Source: Octopus sinensis (taxonomy: Eukaryota). From it: a stretch of DNA of 64,000 nucleotides. Where the stretch lies: NCBI RefSeq assembly GCF_006345805.1, contig NC_043001.1, forward strand, positions 81,592,001 through 81,656,000. The letters are read 5' to 3'. Both the position numbers and the translations under genes were made by a program. The notes below the pieces were generated by a model. The model did no database searches and was not told the DNA's origin. It saw only the letters and a program-made list of their open reading frames with translations. This document shows positions 1 to 12,120 of this stretch, in pieces (positions within the stretch are counted from its first letter, which is position 1; each line of letters begins with the position of its first letter).

Positions 1-469
1 ACATATACATACACATCCACACACATACATATACACACACATGCATACATATATGCGCACATACATATACACTACAGTCAAAGTATAGCACACCGCTGCC
101 ACCGCCACCACCACCACTGCTACCACGGTCATCATTAGATTGGCAGTCACAGTAATAAGATGCTGAGCAGTGTTATCTCCTGCAGATTCTGGATTGTTGG
201 CATGGAGACAGCTGTTGCTATGTGTTGACGGGATTGGTGGTAGCGATGGTATGTTTAGGTTGATGAAATGCTATGTTGACTTGACTGCTATACATATACT
301 GCAGGGTGAGTGTGTGTAAGAATGCAAGCATGAATATGTGAAAATGCACACACACACACACATACATACATATATACATACATACACGTGTGTATACTTT
401 GTCATGAGCTGGAAATGAGTAAGCAGGGTATTGTTACTGGTACATAGGTCAGTGACACATCCTGCACTG

Positions 470-985
470 GACAAGGATTAGGAAAACGCCAAGCACTTGG
501 CCAGAATTAGAGAGACACACAGCACTGGACAAGGATTAGGGAGACATTCAGTACGGGACAAAAAGTTAGGGAGACACAAAGTACTTAGCTTAGCCAGGAT
601 TTGGGAGTCAAAGCACTTGGCCAGGATTAGGGAGACATTCAGTACGGGACAAAAAGTTAGGGAGACACAAAGTACTTAGCTTAGCCAGAATTTGGGAGTC
701 AAAGCACTTGGCCAGGATTAAGAAGACACAAAGCACTTGACCAGGATTAGGGAGATATCTAGCACTGCACAAAGATTAGGAAAACATCTAGCAGCGAATA
801 AGAATTAGTGAGACATCCAGCATTGGACAAGGACTAGGGAGACATTCAGCAGTGGATAAGAATTAGGGAGACAGCCAGCAATGGGCAATGATTAAGGAGA
901 CAGCCAGCAATGGGCAATGATTAAGGAGACATCCAGCACTGGACAAGGATTAGGGAGATATCTAGCAAAGGGCAAAAGTTAGGGA
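470..985. repeat. ~30-bp minisatellite (consensus ~AGCACTGGACAAGGATTAGGGAGACATCC) with a 91-bp higher-order duplication
   Basis: Serial degenerate copies; the 3-unit block starting GAGACATTCAGTACGGGAC recurs at 541 and 632. Confidence 0.9.
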
Positions 986-1244
986 AACCACAATCATACA
1001 ATAATGCTAATAAAGAAGCCTTTTATTTCTACAGTTGGATGCCTTTCCTGACACCAACACTCAACTGTTTCCATGTAAGGTTTTATTTCCCTTGGCCAGA
1101 CATGGTTTTCATGAAAAACTGGAAATGAACTACACCACTTGTATGACAGTGACACTTGTTTACAATTATCATGTGATGTCTAGACAAAGGTGTACACACA
1201 CACGCATACAAATATATGCAACAATATATTTCCATTTGTGGAGA

Positions 1245-1450
1245 TAAGTGGCTAAGTAAATAGGGTGCTTGCACTCAAGTCCGTAAGAATGCGGTTTCGA
1301 TTCCTGGACTGGACGATGTATTCCTGAGCAAAACACTTCATTTCACATTACTCTCCTCCACTCACCTGGTAGAAATGAGTAACCTTGCAACAGCTTGGCA
1401 ACCTATCCAGGTGGGGAATGTAATCGTCACAGCAACCAGGAAACTGGCCT
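1245..1450 (+). mobile_element. tRNA-derived SINE fragment
   Basis: A/B-box-like head (GTGGCTAAGT..GGTTTCGATTCC) followed by a body related to the copies at 9125 and 10970. Confidence 0.55.
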
Positions 1451-1469
1451 CATGAGTGTACAGTCCTTC

Positions 1470-1625
1470 AATCAATATTTCCATCTACCAAATCTTCCCA
1501 CATGGCTTTGGTCAGCCTGGGGCCATAGAAGATACGTGTCCTAGGTGTTGCACAGTGGTACTGAACCCAAGACCATATGGTTGGGAAGCAAGATTCTTAC
1601 CTTATAGCCACGCCTTGCATTATAG
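1470..1625 (-). mobile_element. tRNA-derived SINE head (most abundant family in window)
   Basis: Degenerate match to the recurring CTACCAAATCCACTCACAAGGCTTTGG..GAAGACACTTGCCCAAGGTGCC..CTTACCACACAGCC unit. Confidence 0.7.
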
Positions 1626-3264
1626 TTCTGGTTCTCTTCCAGGTCTGCTTTCATTATCTACCATGGGATTTACCAAAGACCACTCCTGAGAATATTACTG
1701 GTACAACTATGCAGCTGAACATGTAATTAATCCATTTCAAGAACACTGCTGTGATTTCTTAACTTCGGATATTCCAAAGTAGTTCTTTGTAAGCCCACAG
1801 TATATTACTGGTATAGCTTGCACTAATACACAGCTCTCAGTAGAATAGCTTTATCCTCAGGACTGGGTGGTATACCCTTGACTTAACTAATATTGCCAAT
1901 CAGTAATGTATCAATACCACAGATATTGAACAGTGATATTGAAATAGGATAACTTTATTCACAGCAGTTGCTTTGACAGCTGAACCAAGACAAATGCTAC
2001 TGCACGCACACATATATACACACCCATAAGAGCGTGTGTGAGTGTGTGAGAGAGAGAGAGCGAGAGAGAGAGAAAGAAAAAGAGAGTGTATGTATGTGTG
2101 TGTGGTACATAGCGTTGCAGCTATACATGTAACTGAGTGTACATATTGGACTTATATGTGTGTGTGTGCATCTGTACATACACATGCAAACATGTATACA
2201 TCCACATTGATTATATATTAATACAGATATAATATATGCATATATATCTAGTTATTCTGCAGCTAATGTGGATGCACACACACACACACACAATCAATGT
2301 TATCTGCAGCAATTTGTGTGTGTGAGTGAGTGTATATATGTGTGTGTATATATATATACATACACACACACACACATATATTTATATACATACAAACACA
2401 TATATACATACACACACACACACATGAAATTTGTTTATATCTATATATATATATCAATATGCATGTATGTGTACGTAATAACTTACATAATCAATGCTAT
2501 TTTGCAGCAGTATACATGTACACACACACACACACATACATCATACATCATTCTATGTGTGTGTGTTTGTATCCATGCACACAGAGGCCCACACAAACAC
2601 ACACAATCAATACTTATCCTGCAACACTATGGATTAAGAAACGAACAGATACAGAACAGTGGAATGGTAAAACGGTAGTAAATTTTTTTTAATCAATTTC
2701 CTCTTTGTTTTTGGCAAAGTTTTTGGTTAATTGCAGCAGCTCTCTCTCTCTCGTCTCCTACTCGACACAAATGTAGTTTACAGACTTTCTGCTTTACGAC
2801 AGTGGAACACTCATCTAAAATATTGGAACTTTCCAAACTTATATCCTTTGACTATGGAAATTTTATAGATTTCCTATTTAAAAGTTTGCAGTTCTCCAGA
2901 ATACAAATTTATGACTTTGGAACTCTTTAGGTTGCCAAGAAGAGCCTTGAAGCTCTCCAAGACATCCAGTCTAGGGCTAGGAATATTAAGATACCTTAAC
3001 ACTGGAATGCTTTACATCAGCAGTCCCCAATCTTTTTAGCACCATGGGCCAATTTCATGCAAGACAATTTTTCCAAGACCAGATCACTCACGCTCATAAC
3101 AAAATACAATAAAGGGCAAATATCTACAGACATTGGGGTTCACAGAGGGGATGACAAGGGAGCAAGACTCCTGGTAGTTTACTGTGTTTGAAAAGGCATG
3201 TTAAGCTAAATAAAAGTGTGGTTGCCCTTGTGTACAGGCTCGCCTTCTTCAGCTGAGCATCCCT

Positions 3265-3465
3265 AACCTTATAGGCTCATCTATGCTGGTGCTGTGTAAA
3301 AGCGCCCAGTACATCCTATAAAGTGGTTGGCATTAGGAAGGACATGCAACCGTAAAAACCATGCCAACAGACATGAAACCGGAACAGCCCTTCAACTGGT
3401 CAGCACCTGTCAAACTGTCCAACCCATGCCAGCATGGAAAATGGATGCTGAATGATGATGATGTT
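3265..3465 (+). mobile_element. RTE-derived 3' tail ending in (GAT)n
   Basis: GTGGTTGGCATTAGGAAGG..CCAACCCATGCCAGCATGGAAA..GATGATGATG; the same tail is the 3' UTR of the RTE at 22236-23920. Confidence 0.8.
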
Positions 3466-3469
3466 ACAT

Positions 3470-4030
3470 ACATAATACTATGTACCCATTATTGGCATCA
3501 GATCAGACAACTGAAGAGTTCTATCTATATCAGATTGCTCCAAAATATCTTTGGTCTCACATGGCAGGACAAGGTGCCTCATACTGATATCCACCTGAAG
3601 GCTGAGATCTACAGCATTGTGGCCTGCATCTTTTGTCATCATCCCTGCTGGGTTGGGCATGTGATTTGGATGCCAGTAACCAGCTCACAAAAATGGTAAT
3701 TTTCAGCAAGATTGAGACTGGAGGTAGGCTTTCAAGATCAACCTCAAGCAGTCTCTCATTTTATGCAGTGTCCTTCACATTCTGTTGGAGGCCCTGGTTA
3801 TTAATCAGGACACATGGAAGTCCATCTGTGATGCTAGAGTGGAGCACTTTCAAACCAAATGCAAGAAACTGCATAAAGAGAGGAGGAGACATTGTCGTCA
3901 ACCCCTTGCAACTGTTGTTCGGAGTCACTTTCAGTGTCCTCAGTGCCACAGGATCTGCCTAACTCATATTGGGTCTAGTCAGCCACATTCACTCACATCA
4001 GAAACAATGTGCTGGAAATGGAAAAGGATC
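3470..4030 (+). mobile_element. decayed RTE-clade LINE, 3' end of ORF
   Basis: Frameshifted peptides FGLTWQDKVPHTD, WVGHVIWMP, INQDTWKSICDARVEHF and terminal CPQCHRIC..IG zinc finger, typical of RTE C-termini. Confidence 0.8.
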
Positions 4031-4099
4031 TTTGTCCAGGATTGATACTTATCACCCTTTGACAGGCCATTATAAGCAGTAAGTATAATACTATAATGC

Positions 4100-4500
4100 A
4101 ATTTTGAAAAGGATAGTGAGAGCAAGGTGTGGGGTGAAACTATTGGATAAAAGGAGGGCTGAGGACCTGATGGGGATGCTGGAGTTGGAGGAATTGGTAG
4201 AACAGCTGACAAGGGCGAATGGGGTGTGGCGGTATGGACATGCGTTGAGGAGGGATGAAGATCATGTTCTGAGGAGAGTCCTTGAGTTTAAAGGGAATGG
4301 ACTGCGAAAGCGAGATTGACCAAAGAAAACGTGGAGGGGACAGGGGGAGGAGAAGATTGGGAAGGTTGGCTTGAGGAGGGAGGATGCCCAAAACCTGGCG
4401 TGATGGGGTGAGAGCGGTTGCTGTAAGAGTGAGGTAGATCTGGCCAGCCCTGTTAAAGAGGAAAAAACCTGGATTTAAAATAATGGGCATCATCGAAATC
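4100..4500 (+). mobile_element. decayed RTE-clade LINE 3' fragment (second family)
   Basis: GVKLLDKRRAEDLMGML..RANGVWRYGHALRRDEDHVLRRVLEF..RKRDxPKKTW. Confidence 0.8.
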
Positions 4501-5204
4501 CCCCCAGCGGACTGCGATAGACAATACAATAGAAATTAAACTAAGAGATTTATTTTTTACCATGTGGTCCAGTACTAAATGTTCCACAGCCTGGTACTAC
4601 TCGGTGGCCCAGTGGTTGGGGACACCTGCACCAGGTAACTCTTCTACAATGTCAAGATACATTAGAGGCATACTCTGTCAATTTGACACCTCTTTAAATG
4701 TCCAGACTAAAACTTTAGAACTCACCAATCATCCAGTCTAAGATTCACAGGAAATAAAAATTGTAAAATAAGGAAAAAAAAAACAACTTAAGCACCTAAC
4801 TTAAGCAGCATGGAAGAAGTAGACATTAATACAATGATGCTGATGCTGGTGATGTGTATGTGTGTGTGTGCACGATACTCTTCAGGCTTCTAATATAAAC
4901 CCAGGTTGATCAGAGCATTGGGAATGGATTTGAATGAGGGAAAAATGGAAGAAGTCCATTGTGTAGGTGTGTGTGTGTGTGTATATAGAAAAATTAATAT
5001 AAACAGCTAGGCACAATATAACACCATAAAGGAGAAATTTAATTGTCACTGAACGTGACTGAGGGTGCAGAAGCATCTATATTGCTTGAAATAAGAGTTA
5101 AAAACTTTTAATGCTGTAGGAAGAGTACAATATATATATACACTGACAGGAGAGATAACCACCCCATGACAGTCAACACATACATAGGTGTGTGTATATT
5201 ATAT

Positions 5205-5234
<30 letters not shown>

Positions 5235-5241
<7 letters not shown>

Positions 5242-5460
5242 ATCCAAACATGAAAACACAAAGAGAAAACACAACAACGCGAGGACGTGGAACAAAAATA
5301 GTATTATTGGACGCTCAGGAAGGAAGGGAAGAAGGAGGGTTTTACGCTTTGAGTGAAGCTCTTCGTCAGAAACACAGGAAAAGGAAAGATCCGGAGAATG
5401 GAAGACGGAGGAAAAAAATCGCCAACGGTACACACGCGGTCACATATATATATACACATA
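5235..5460 (-). mobile_element. Penelope-like terminal repeat fragment with decayed hammerhead motif
   Basis: Minus strand GTTT-CTGACGA-AGAGCTTCACTC-AAAG-CG-TA-AAAC at 5373-5339, followed by the T-rich tail seen in the other copies; family assignment is inferred from the motif. Confidence 0.55.
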
Positions 5461-5911
5461 TGTATAACTGTGTGAGTATGAGTATGCTTGTATTTCTTAT
5501 CTTAACATTGCTGAATTGCTGTAAATGAATTCTGCAAAAGCATGTCTGGCTATGGGTGGGGCAGGAGGCTGCAGGGTGGGAATATTACCTTGCTTAGAAA
5601 GAAGTGAGGGATGGCAACAGGAATTTGAGGAGTCATCCAACCAATGAAAATCTGCCTCCATAAATCGTGTCCGACCCATGCAAGCATGGAAAAGAGGACA
5701 TTAAACTGATGGTGATGATAATAACGATGGTGGTGGTGGTGATGGTGAAAGTGATGATGATCGTAATGATGATGACAATGACATCAACAATGATATATAC
5801 ATATAATACATATACACAAAATGGGTTCTGCACCACTAAAAAAAAAAAAGGTAGCATAGAAAGAAGACCCCCCCCCCTCCAACCTTTTTAAAGAAATGAA
5901 AGTGGACTTAC

Positions 5912-6106
5912 TGAAAGGCCAGTTTTGAAAAGGTCCGCCACGTTGGCTTGGCTTGAGTACCTGCCCTCTTCAAGTTGATCAAGACTAGCTACGCTTGAGC
6001 TCGACGTACTGTGATAACTTTGACGAGACGAGACACCCGACTCGTAACTCTGCCCTGATAATCGATGCTGTGCTTTGATTTGTATGTTTACAAAATTGTG
6101 GTGATT
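5912..6106 (-). CDS. internal coding exon (65 aa, phase 0-0) of host gene, tentatively Caskin-like SAM-domain scaffold
   Basis: Acceptor gtgttattttgcag|AAT and donor TCA|gtaagt bound an exact 195-nt open frame NHHNFVNIQIKAQHRLSGQSYESGVSSRQSYHSTSSSSVASLDQLEEGRYSSQANVADLFKTGLS; non-repetitive and CpG-rich. Product identity is from recalled similarity only. Confidence 0.8.
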
Positions 6107-6929
6107 CTGCAAAATAACACGATATGGCACGGTACTTCAATATATGGATTCTTACAATTGTAGCAGCAGCAACAGCAAATAACAACAACAACAACAATTT
6201 TTATCACAATATCAACAACATCACCAACAACATCAATAACAATTTCACACCACAAAGCTACAACTGGAGATATTTATAATATTATTCTGCAACTGTCTAT
6301 TTCTGTAATGCTAAGACTATGGAACAAAATCGAAGACATAATCCAGTGCACACGAAACATATTATTCTTAAGGCTATTTATTGACTACTAAATTATGGAA
6401 TGCAATTGAAGACATAATCTTTTATCAATACAACATACATATTATATATATATATATATATATTATCTGTAAGACAGCAGATAAATATTTTAAATTAAGT
6501 ATGGCATATATATATATTCTTTTACTAATTACAGTCATAGGTCAGTACATCCAAATGTTTAGTTGATTATATTGGTACCAGGACTTATTTGAAAGTCCTA
6601 TACTATTTTATCAATCTCTACTTGTTGAACTACAATGTCATAGAACATAAACAGCATTGGTTTTTTTTTTGGGAGGGGGCGTGCTTTTTTATTAAAGCAG
6701 TGCCAACCTCAACACACAAGCATATATATGATGGTTTGCTTGGTATGGTTTCTTTTTTTTACTGAATTCCACTCACAAAGAATTTGTATACTTGAGGTGC
6801 TGTTGTGGCTGTGTGGTCAGAAGTTTGCCTCCTGACCATTCAGTTCCACTGCATGGCACCTTGGACAAGTATCTCCAGACCAACTAAAGCCTTGTGGGTG
6901 AATTAGGTAGACAGAAAGTGGAAGAAACA

Positions 6930-6999
<70 letters not shown>

Positions 7000-7044
7000 T
7001 AAACAATATATAAATATATGCATATATACATACATATATGTATA

Positions 7045-7310
7045 TACCTACATATACGGGTACAGGACATAAAAAAAAACGTTGAACACAATGAGAAATG
7101 AAAACAAAAATATAGAAAACGAACTTTTGAATAATGAAAAAAAACAAACAGAGAAACGAGACATGCAACATAAAGAATATTCCCCTTCATCAGTTGTCCC
7201 TGTTTCATCTACTCCGCATTTCGAAGGCAAGGACAATACGTGACTTCGTTGAAACAGTCCTTCCCGCATATATATAATAAAGGTGGCAGCTACACACAAT
7301 ATAGAACCAA
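7045..7310 (-). mobile_element. Penelope-like terminal fragment
   Basis: Minus strand GGACAACTGATGAAGGGGAATATTC.. followed by a T-rich tail; architecture similar to 5235-5460. Confidence 0.4.
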
Positions 7311-7574
7311 CAAGGAAAAATTGAATTGTCACAAACTATGACTGATGATGCAGGGTAGCACCTATATTGCTAGAAATAAGAGTTAAGATAACTCTTAGCT
7401 GCAAAGAAGCACAGTTCCATACACTGACAGGGGAAACAACTGCCCCACAGCAAGTGAGATCACTACACTAGTCTAGTTTCGCTTAAAATCAAAGCTCATC
7501 AGTAGTGACTACTCCACTGCACTACAAGTGTTGGTGTCAGGAACAGTAACCAACCATAAAAACAAACAAGGGGC

Positions 7575-7785
7575 TAAACATAGAGGGGGACAAACAAGGA
7601 CAGACAAAGGGATTAAGTCGATTACATCAACCCCAGTGCGTAACTGGTACTTATTTAATTTACCCTGAAAGGATGAAAGGCAAAGTCGACCTCAGCGGAA
7701 TTTGAACTCAGAACATAGTAGCAGACGGAATACTGCTAAGCATTTCGCCCGGCATGCTAACGCTTCTGCCAATGATGATAATATT
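7575..7785 (-). mobile_element. tRNA-derived SINE with Meta/MESC-like core
   Basis: GAAAGGATGAAAGGCAAAGTCGACCTCAGCGGAATTTGAACTCAG (reverse B-box plus core), shared with dozens of copies. Confidence 0.85.
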
Positions 7786-9124
7786 GGCTTCAGGTCAGAA
7801 GGAATGACATCACATCTGGGACATGTCTAGATATTCAATTGGAGAGTTAGGTTGGAGGGTCATTTGGCTAAATCTTGACTGTCAGTATATAGTATTTACC
7901 ACATGAATCTATGGCTGATTCAGCAAAATGATAATGTGTAAATTATAAAATAATAAAGGTATCTATACGCAATATAAAACCAGAAAGGAAAAATTTAATT
8001 GTCAGCAATTGTGACTAAAGCCTTCTGAGTAGATTTGAGAGAGAAACTGAAAGAAGCTTGTTCTCATCCTTCCCAACACCAACCACCCAGCAAAGTGGTA
8101 CCAGCACAGGCAAGGTCAGTTTTGGCATGGGTCTTAAAGCTGGATGCCCCTCCAAATGCCAACCACTTCATGGTCTTATAGTCCTGAAAATAATTGTGGA
8201 ATTTCCATGGGTACTTCTGGGTATAGATGAATGTTAAAACACCAGAGAGAGAAAGAGAGGGAGATAGGAAAAGGAGTAACAGAACATGGAGTAAGGGGAA
8301 TGAGTCAGTTTGGAGGGTCATTAAAATATCACAAGGGTGAGGTGACAAATAGACTATGGGTAGCTGTAACCAGGAGTAGACTGAGGATGAAGAGTAGAAT
8401 AGGGTTTACATGATGTACTCATTTCAAAGCTGGGGGGGGGGGTGACATAGTGAAAGAGGTGAAAAAAGACAAATGCAGAAAAGAAAGAAAGAGATTGAGG
8501 GGGAGAGATAGTGACAGGGTGGGAGGATTGCAGGGGAATCACTGACCAGAAGCTACTTAGGTTGGTAACTGACTGCATCGACCTCACCATGGTGGGGGGA
8601 CCTTCCTTCTCCCCTTTTGGCAAATTTATAAGACACAATTATACGGCCACCATTAGAGTCATCATTATAACCCTCACCACCACTACAACAACTACAATAA
8701 CTACTGCCACTGCTACAACCACAAAACCAGCCAGCTCAAGATAGCGTAACACCATATATTTTCAGGAGCCTAATGTTTGTTATATATACCATTCTGTAAG
8801 CATAGGTAGGCCATATCCCTGTGTGCTATAGGGTTACTAAAAGTGTTGGTGTCAGGAGTGGCAACCAACCATAAAATCAATGATGATAGTAATATCGACT
8901 TTGGGTCAGTAGGTCTGGAGTAATAGACATTACTTCTGGGACATATCTAGATAGTCAGTTTGAGAATATTTCCAGTGTGGCATAGTAGTAGTGGTAGTAG
9001 TATTGGTGGTGCTGAAAATAGTAGTTGTAGTGGTAGTACTGAAAGTAGTAGTAGTAATGGTGGTGAAGGTAGTTGTAGTAGTAGGAGTGAAGTTATGTTG
9101 TTATTGTGTTTCTACTGTGTTATG

Positions 9125-9445
9125 TGAAGTCACATGGCTCAGTGGTAAGAGCATTGGGTTCACAATCATGAGGCTGTGAGTTCGAATCCCGGACCGGGCT
9201 GCATGTTGTGTTCTTGAGCAAGACGCTCTATTTCACGTTGCTCCAGTTCACTCAGTTGTAGAAATGAGTTGCGACGTCACTGGTGCCAAGCTGTATTGGC
9301 CTTTGCCTTACCCTTGGATAACATAACATTGGTGGTGTGGAGAGGGGAGGCCGGTCTGCATGGTCTTCCATAACCAACTTTACTCAGACTTGAGCCACAG
9401 AGGGTAACTTTCTAGGTGCAATCCCATGGTCATTTGTGACCAAAG
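9125..9445 (+). mobile_element. tRNA-derived SINE, near full length
   Basis: TGGCTCAGTGG A-box, GAGTTCGAATCCC B-box, then TGTGTTCTTGAGCAAGAC core. Confidence 0.8.
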
Positions 9446-9866
9446 GGGGATCTTTACCATTTATTGTGTTGGAGTACTGCTCTGGAGACGAGTTATGATA
9501 ACATTTTAGTGTATTGTTGTAGCATGCTGTGGTAGCAGTATAATGGTGGTGTGATCATGGCAGTGTGTTAATTGGCTATGATCACAGTTCATGAAGCTTT
9601 TACAAAGACATACACCAAAATTCATGAGAGACGACAACTTCTTAGAATAAAAGTTACAATATTCCCCAACGTTGTGTATATTCTACTGGCAGAAACAAAC
9701 ATTGGTACTCTCTGAATCTTGCTGGAATGACCGTTTTGTAATTAGATGTCCATCTTACAGTAAACCATTCAATATCAAAGTAGAGAGTGGTGTAAACCAC
9801 TTCTGTATTCATCAGTCAAACCCAAACAGAAAAAACAGAGTTATGTCCCTTTGTTAGGGAGACCAG

Positions 9867-10072
9867 CTCTAGATCAGTGGTTTTCCACCAGTACAGTGCA
9901 GGGGTTCCGCAAGAAGTTACAAAACTGCTAAAATCGGCAGTAATTTTTAAGTCTCCTGTGCAGATATGTGTGCATAAGACTATTAAATTATTGCACAGGG
10001 GTTCCTCGAGCCAGTGCAATGTTTCCTTGGGGTTCCGCTCCAGCAAAAAGGTTGAAAAGCACTGATCTAGAT
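9867..10072. mobile_element. hAT (Charlie-type) MITE, 190 bp
   Basis: TIRs CAGTGGTTTTCCA / TTGAAAAGCACTG; 8-bp TSD CTCTAGAT / ATCTAGAT matches the NTCTAGAN target. Confidence 0.85.
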
Positions 10073-10174
10073 GCTTGACTAGGGCGATCATGTTATACAA
10101 GTAGACCAGTAAGTCCAGAAACCTTCATCACAGTTATTTTTGTAGTATGTTATGTCTAAGGGTTTTATTTTTGG

Positions 10175-10545
10175 TTGTGCGGTAAGAAGTTTGCTTCCTA
10201 ATCACGTGATTCTGGGTTCAGTCCCACTGCGTGGCATCTTAGGGTCATGTGTGTTTTACAAAGCCTTGGGCTAAATGAAGCCTTGTGTGTAAATTTGGTA
10301 GATGGAAACTGAAAGAAGCCCATCATGTGCACGCGTGCGCGCATGTGTGCCTTTGTGTTTGCTCCCTGCCACTGCTTGACAACCAGTGCTGGTGTGTTTA
10401 TGTCCCTGTAACTTAGTGGTTCAGTAAAAGAGATTGACAGAATAAGTACCAGGCTTTAAAAAAAAACAAGTCCTGGAGTCGATCTGTTTGAGGGTACCCC
10501 AGCGTGGCTGCAGTCAAATGACTGAGAAAAGTAAAAGATAAAAGA
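10175..10545 (+). mobile_element. composite SINE (head plus GCTTGACAACC..CAGTCAAATGACTG tail)
   Basis: Matches the bipartite SINE repeated at 24330, 35730 and 45100. Confidence 0.8.
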
Positions 10546-10589
10546 TATATATATCTTCTAAACAAAAGACCCCAAAACACACACATATA

Positions 10590-11215
10590 TATAGGAGCAC
10601 TCCATCAGTTATGACGACGAAGGTCCCAGCTGATTCAATCAACAGAACAGCTTGATCGTGAAATTAACGAGCAAATGGTTGAGCACTCCATGGACACATG
10701 TACCCTTAGGGAGATTCAGCATGACAAGGCTGGCCTTTTGAAATACAGGTACTACTCATTTTTGCCAGCTGAGTAGACTGGAGCAACGTGAAATAAAGTG
10801 TCTTGCTGAAAGGACACAATGCGTTGCTGGGAATGGAACTCACAACCTTATGACATTAGCCGAATATACCAACCATAAAGCCATGTGCCTTTATATGAGA
10901 AAACACAAGTTAATACCAGTTGATCCTATGTGTGTGTGTATGTATATATATATATATAAAATATAAATGCGCCCTTTTTAAAGCCTAGCCAGGCTCATGG
11001 GCCTGGTTTCCTGGTTTTAATGGCATATTTGTTCCCCAGCTGGATGGGACGCCAGTCCATCGCAGCGTTACTCTTTTTTGCCAGCTGAGTGGGCTGGAGC
11101 AACGTGAAATGAAGTGTTTTGCTCAAGAACACAACGCGTCACCCGGTCCAGGAATCAAAACCACAATCTTACGATCATGATGCTGAAACCCTAACCACTA
11201 AGCCACGCACCTCCA
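10590..11215 (-). mobile_element. two tRNA-derived SINEs in tandem
   Basis: Both contain TTGCCAGCTGAGT..CTGGAGCAACGTGAAAT..GTGT.TTGCT core and a reverse tRNA-like head. Confidence 0.75.
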
Positions 11216-11384
11216 CACATATATATATATATTAATGTTTGTTCTTGTATTCAGTTACAATGAATATACTTTTACATTAATCTGATGGGTTACGCTATAC
11301 TTTTGTAGAGTACAGATTTATTATTCTGATACAATACTGTTGACAGTGACTTCGGAGTTTTAGCCAGCTAACCCACTATTGCAC

Positions 11385-11433
11385 TGGCAGTCTGATGATG
11401 GCTTGGCTGGCCAAAACTTTGCAGTCACTGTCA
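11385..11433 (+). ncRNA. type I hammerhead ribozyme motif with G12>A substitution (probably inactive)
   Basis: TGGCAGT-CTGATGA-T-GGC(TTGGCTG)GCC-AAAA-CT(TTGC)AG-TC|ACTGTCA: 7-bp helix I and GUC site; differs from the canonical core at G12 and has one extra T before helix II. Confidence 0.6.
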
Positions 11434-11554
11434 ACAACATTCTTGATACCTGTTTTTGTGTACTCTTGTTTTGACATAGTGTGATAGACATAAGTAATGG
11501 ATACTATCAACAAGCAGTGTTCTTCACATCCAGCCTCCTTTGTAAACATATAAG

Positions 11555-12120
11555 CACAGGTATGGCTGTATGGTAAGAAGCTTACTTCTTAACTACATGG
11601 TTCCGGGTTCAGTCCCACAGCATGACACTTTGGGCAAATGTTTTCTACTACAGCCTTGGGCTGACCAAAGCCTCGTGAGTGGATTTAGTAAAGGGAGACA
11701 GAAAGAACCCTGTGTGTCCATATATTTCTTTTACTCTTTTACTTCTTTCAGTCATTTGACTGTGGCTATGCTGGAGCACTGCCTTTTAGTCGAGCAAATC
11801 GATCCCAGGACTTATTATTTGTAAGCCTAGTACTTATTCTATCGGTCTCTTTTGCCAAACTGTTAAGTTACAGGGACATATACACACCAGCATCGGTTGT
11901 CAAGCGATGTTGGAGGGGCAAACACAGACACACAAACATATATACACACACATATATATACATATATATGACATCTTCTTTCAGTTTCCGTCTAACAAAT
12001 CCACTCACAAGGCTTTGGTTGGCCTGAGGCTATAGTAGAAGACACTTGCACAAGGTGCTATGCAGTGGGACTGAACCCGGAACCATGGGTTCGTAAGCAA
12101 GCTACTTACCACACAGCCAC
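11555..12120. mobile_element. inverted SINE pair (+ head 11555-11712; - composite 11735-12120)
   Basis: Same family head in opposite orientations about 250 bp apart. Confidence 0.85.

Larger units (their letters stand above)
3018..4628. mobile_element. possible hAT/Charlie-type non-autonomous element (MER1-like ends) interrupted by RTE fragments
   Basis: CAGCAGTCCCCAATCTTTTT at 3018 and GGTTGGGGACACCTG ending at 4628 are imperfect inverted termini; no clear 8-bp TSD. Confidence 0.4.

Noticed and set aside
7165-7200. CTGATGA followed by a hairpin (AGGGGAATATTCTTT) on minus
   Set aside because: No GAAA or helix III follows, so it is not a complete hammerhead.
7342-7385. CTGATGA .. hairpin .. 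GAAA on plus
   Set aside because: There are seven unpaired bases before helix II and no helix I pairing, and the sister copy at 5059 reads CTGAGGG.
9745-9805. Possible 44-nt minus exon (tacag|AAGTGG..TTACT|gtaaga)
   Set aside because: Weak acceptor, and its length would break the frame between the two phase-0 exons.
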